Assembly (NCBI RefSeq): GCF_006345805.1
Contig: NC_043003.1
Location: 3,782,001-3,846,000 of the forward strand
Length of the DNA stretch: 64,000 nucleotides
DNA from: Octopus sinensis
Taxonomy: Eukaryota
Direction: 5' to 3'
Below the pieces are notes generated by a model, which worked only from the letters and a program-made list of their open reading frames with translations, did no database searches and was not told where the DNA came from. Below are positions 62,167 to 64,000 of the stretch, piece after piece (position 1 is the stretch's first letter; every line of letters begins with the position of its first letter). Both the position numbers and the translations under genes were made by a program.

Positions 62167-62804
62167 ATCACCCCATTTGATTTATATGGACAATACCATA
62201 CAAAATTATGGTGCCTTTGACTTAAGTACCATATTCAACTGAACCTAAATTTTGCTGAACTTATATATATATATATGAGTGTGAATACATGGGTGAGCCT
62301 GTAAGTATTGGTGTGTGTGTGTTTGTGTGTGAGGGAGAGAGAGAGTGTATATGTTATGTTGGTGTGTATATACTTGTGAATGTGTATAAGTGAATGCATG
62401 TGTACTTCAGTAGGTGAATGTACATATATGTTTCTGTTCTGTTGTCTTTATTGTTAGATTTTGCCATTGGACTACGGCCTTGCTGGACCACCACGTTGAA
62501 AGGTTTAGTCGGCCGTATTGACTCTCCTTCTTTTTTTATATCGATAGGTATTTGATGAAAAAAATATATATTTAAAAACTATTTAGCGATAAAAGTTGTC
62601 AAGTCCTTTGCATCCTCTTTCGGCGCCCCACAAGCAACGTCTACTGGCAATCATTGTTTTTTTCGTTAAATTTATTAAGTTGTGATATTTCAAAGTTTCT
62701 TAATCATAGCATTTTAATTAATTTCAAACTTATCAACTTCTGATCAAGAAACATATAATACTGCGCCTGAAAATTAAAGGTTAGTAAACTTTTATACCAC
62801 GTCA

Positions 62805-63230
62805 ATTTTCCTCGACGGGTCAGAATCTAGGACAATGTAAGGAGCAATGGAGAATAAGATAGAAGTCTTTGAGATGTGGATCTTTCGTAGATTTGGTAGA
62901 GCAAGCTGGAAAGATAGGGTAACAGATGGTGCGGTATTAGAAAAGATGAATTTTCAAAGACACCTGTTGTCGTGAATGAGGCCCACAAAGCTATCATATT
63001 TTGGGCGTAAATTCACCATGAGTCACTGCTTAAGACGTCTGTGGACCAGCAACACCAAAGCATGAACTGGAAACAAAAGCCAAGCTGATTGTATACCTGG
63101 CAGCACAACAGAGAGGGAACTGAACAGTCTTAGCAAGCGAATCCCTGGACACAGGGAAGGCACAAGGCTGATTGCTGATGATGGCATCATCACTGAATCG
63201 AAATACACAATACTGTTGACCTGACATATT
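62805..63230 (+). pseudogene. RTE-clade LINE 3' fragment
   Basis: GSES..M.NKIEVFEMWIFRR..SWKDRVTD..VL..KLSYFG. Confidence 0.8.
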
Positions 63231-64000
63231 TGGTATCTCAACAGACTCTAATCAATGTGGTAAGGTTTTATGGACATAGATAAGGAGGTATTTGAGTTAT
63301 ATCCTAGCAACTATTCGTTTTGATCTTAATCCTAACAAATTAGAGTTTTTGTTGTTGTATATTGAGTTTAATACTGTAGATTATAAATATGATTGTGCAA
63401 CATTTAAAGCTGTGAGAAGAAACTTATGCAAAACAACCCAATTGAATGTAGGCCAGGCACCGCCTGTCTTCACAATTTCAAAAGCTTAAGGGAAACATGG
63501 ATAAATTTCTATTTAATTGCATTAGCTCTTAACAGTGAGTTTAAAACCGAAGAAAATCAATGATCGATTACTTGCAGTTCCTTGCAATGTTAAGTATCTT
63601 CGAATATTACCTGAAGCTGATTGCGATTGTGGTAAATTAGTAAAAACGTCAAAACATCTGGTAGAATATTTACGGTATTAGTTCTAACTTCCTGTGCTTT
63701 GAGTTCAAATATTGCCGACGTCATTAGGCGGGGTAGTCTTGGAAATAAACGAGTGTCTCCGTTGTGCAGAAGACTTAATGAATATGATAAAACTATTGCG
63801 AATGTTGTAAATGAATGCCTAAGACTATCCCTGTGTTAGTATAGGTTGTGGCAACATGATGAAATAGCAAAAGTTCTACGTTGGAAATTGTGTGAAATGT
63901 GGCCGTTAGAGAAAAGTAAGACAGGGTACGGCGACAGACCACAGAGATTTAGCATCGTAAACTTGCAAAATGCTGTGGGATTTCCCATTCAAACGGAACC

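Noticed and set aside
63170-63215. CTGATGA...CGAAA as a hammerhead
   Set aside because: The sequence forms the hairpin TGATGATG/CATCATCA at an RTE 3' end, with no stem I, II and III arrangement.

Overview
AT-rich, microsatellite-saturated eukaryotic DNA, most likely an octopus (coleoid cephalopod) intronic or intergenic region. That taxon call is an inference from the tRNA-derived SINE families and repeat landscape. I found no confident host protein-coding gene, rRNA, intact tRNA or CRISPR array; almost all ORFs in the supplied track are microsatellite or SINE artefacts. The window is mostly transposon debris. Retroelements: three main SINE families (my labels A, B, C), several Dong/R4-type RLE LINE fragments, CR1-type and RTE-type LINE fragments, and two Penelope-like elements (PLEs) with RT plus GIY-YIG. 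DNA elements: a FLYWCH-MULE nested inside a Dong LINE, non-autonomous Helitrons, a mariner relic and a pogo/Tigger-like MITE. The most interesting signals are: (1) about 12 minimal type I hammerhead ribozyme motifs from several PLE-type families, with recurrent core variants (U3-A8 covariation, U4C, A6U, extra A after A9); (2) a SINE family whose TSD-defined targets all begin GRTAT, a site the SINE itself contains, which would explain its head-to-tail arrays; (3) a MULE with one TIR expanded by 32 copies of a 14-bp unit; (4) many long fold-back palindromes, including a 1.3-kb one built from a roughly 480-bp unit inside a concentric inverted duplication. There is a 100-N scaffold gap at 34063-34162, and homopolymer indels between near-identical copies suggest long-read assembly noise. 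Feature boundaries were read by eye and are approximate unless a TSD or terminus is quoted.
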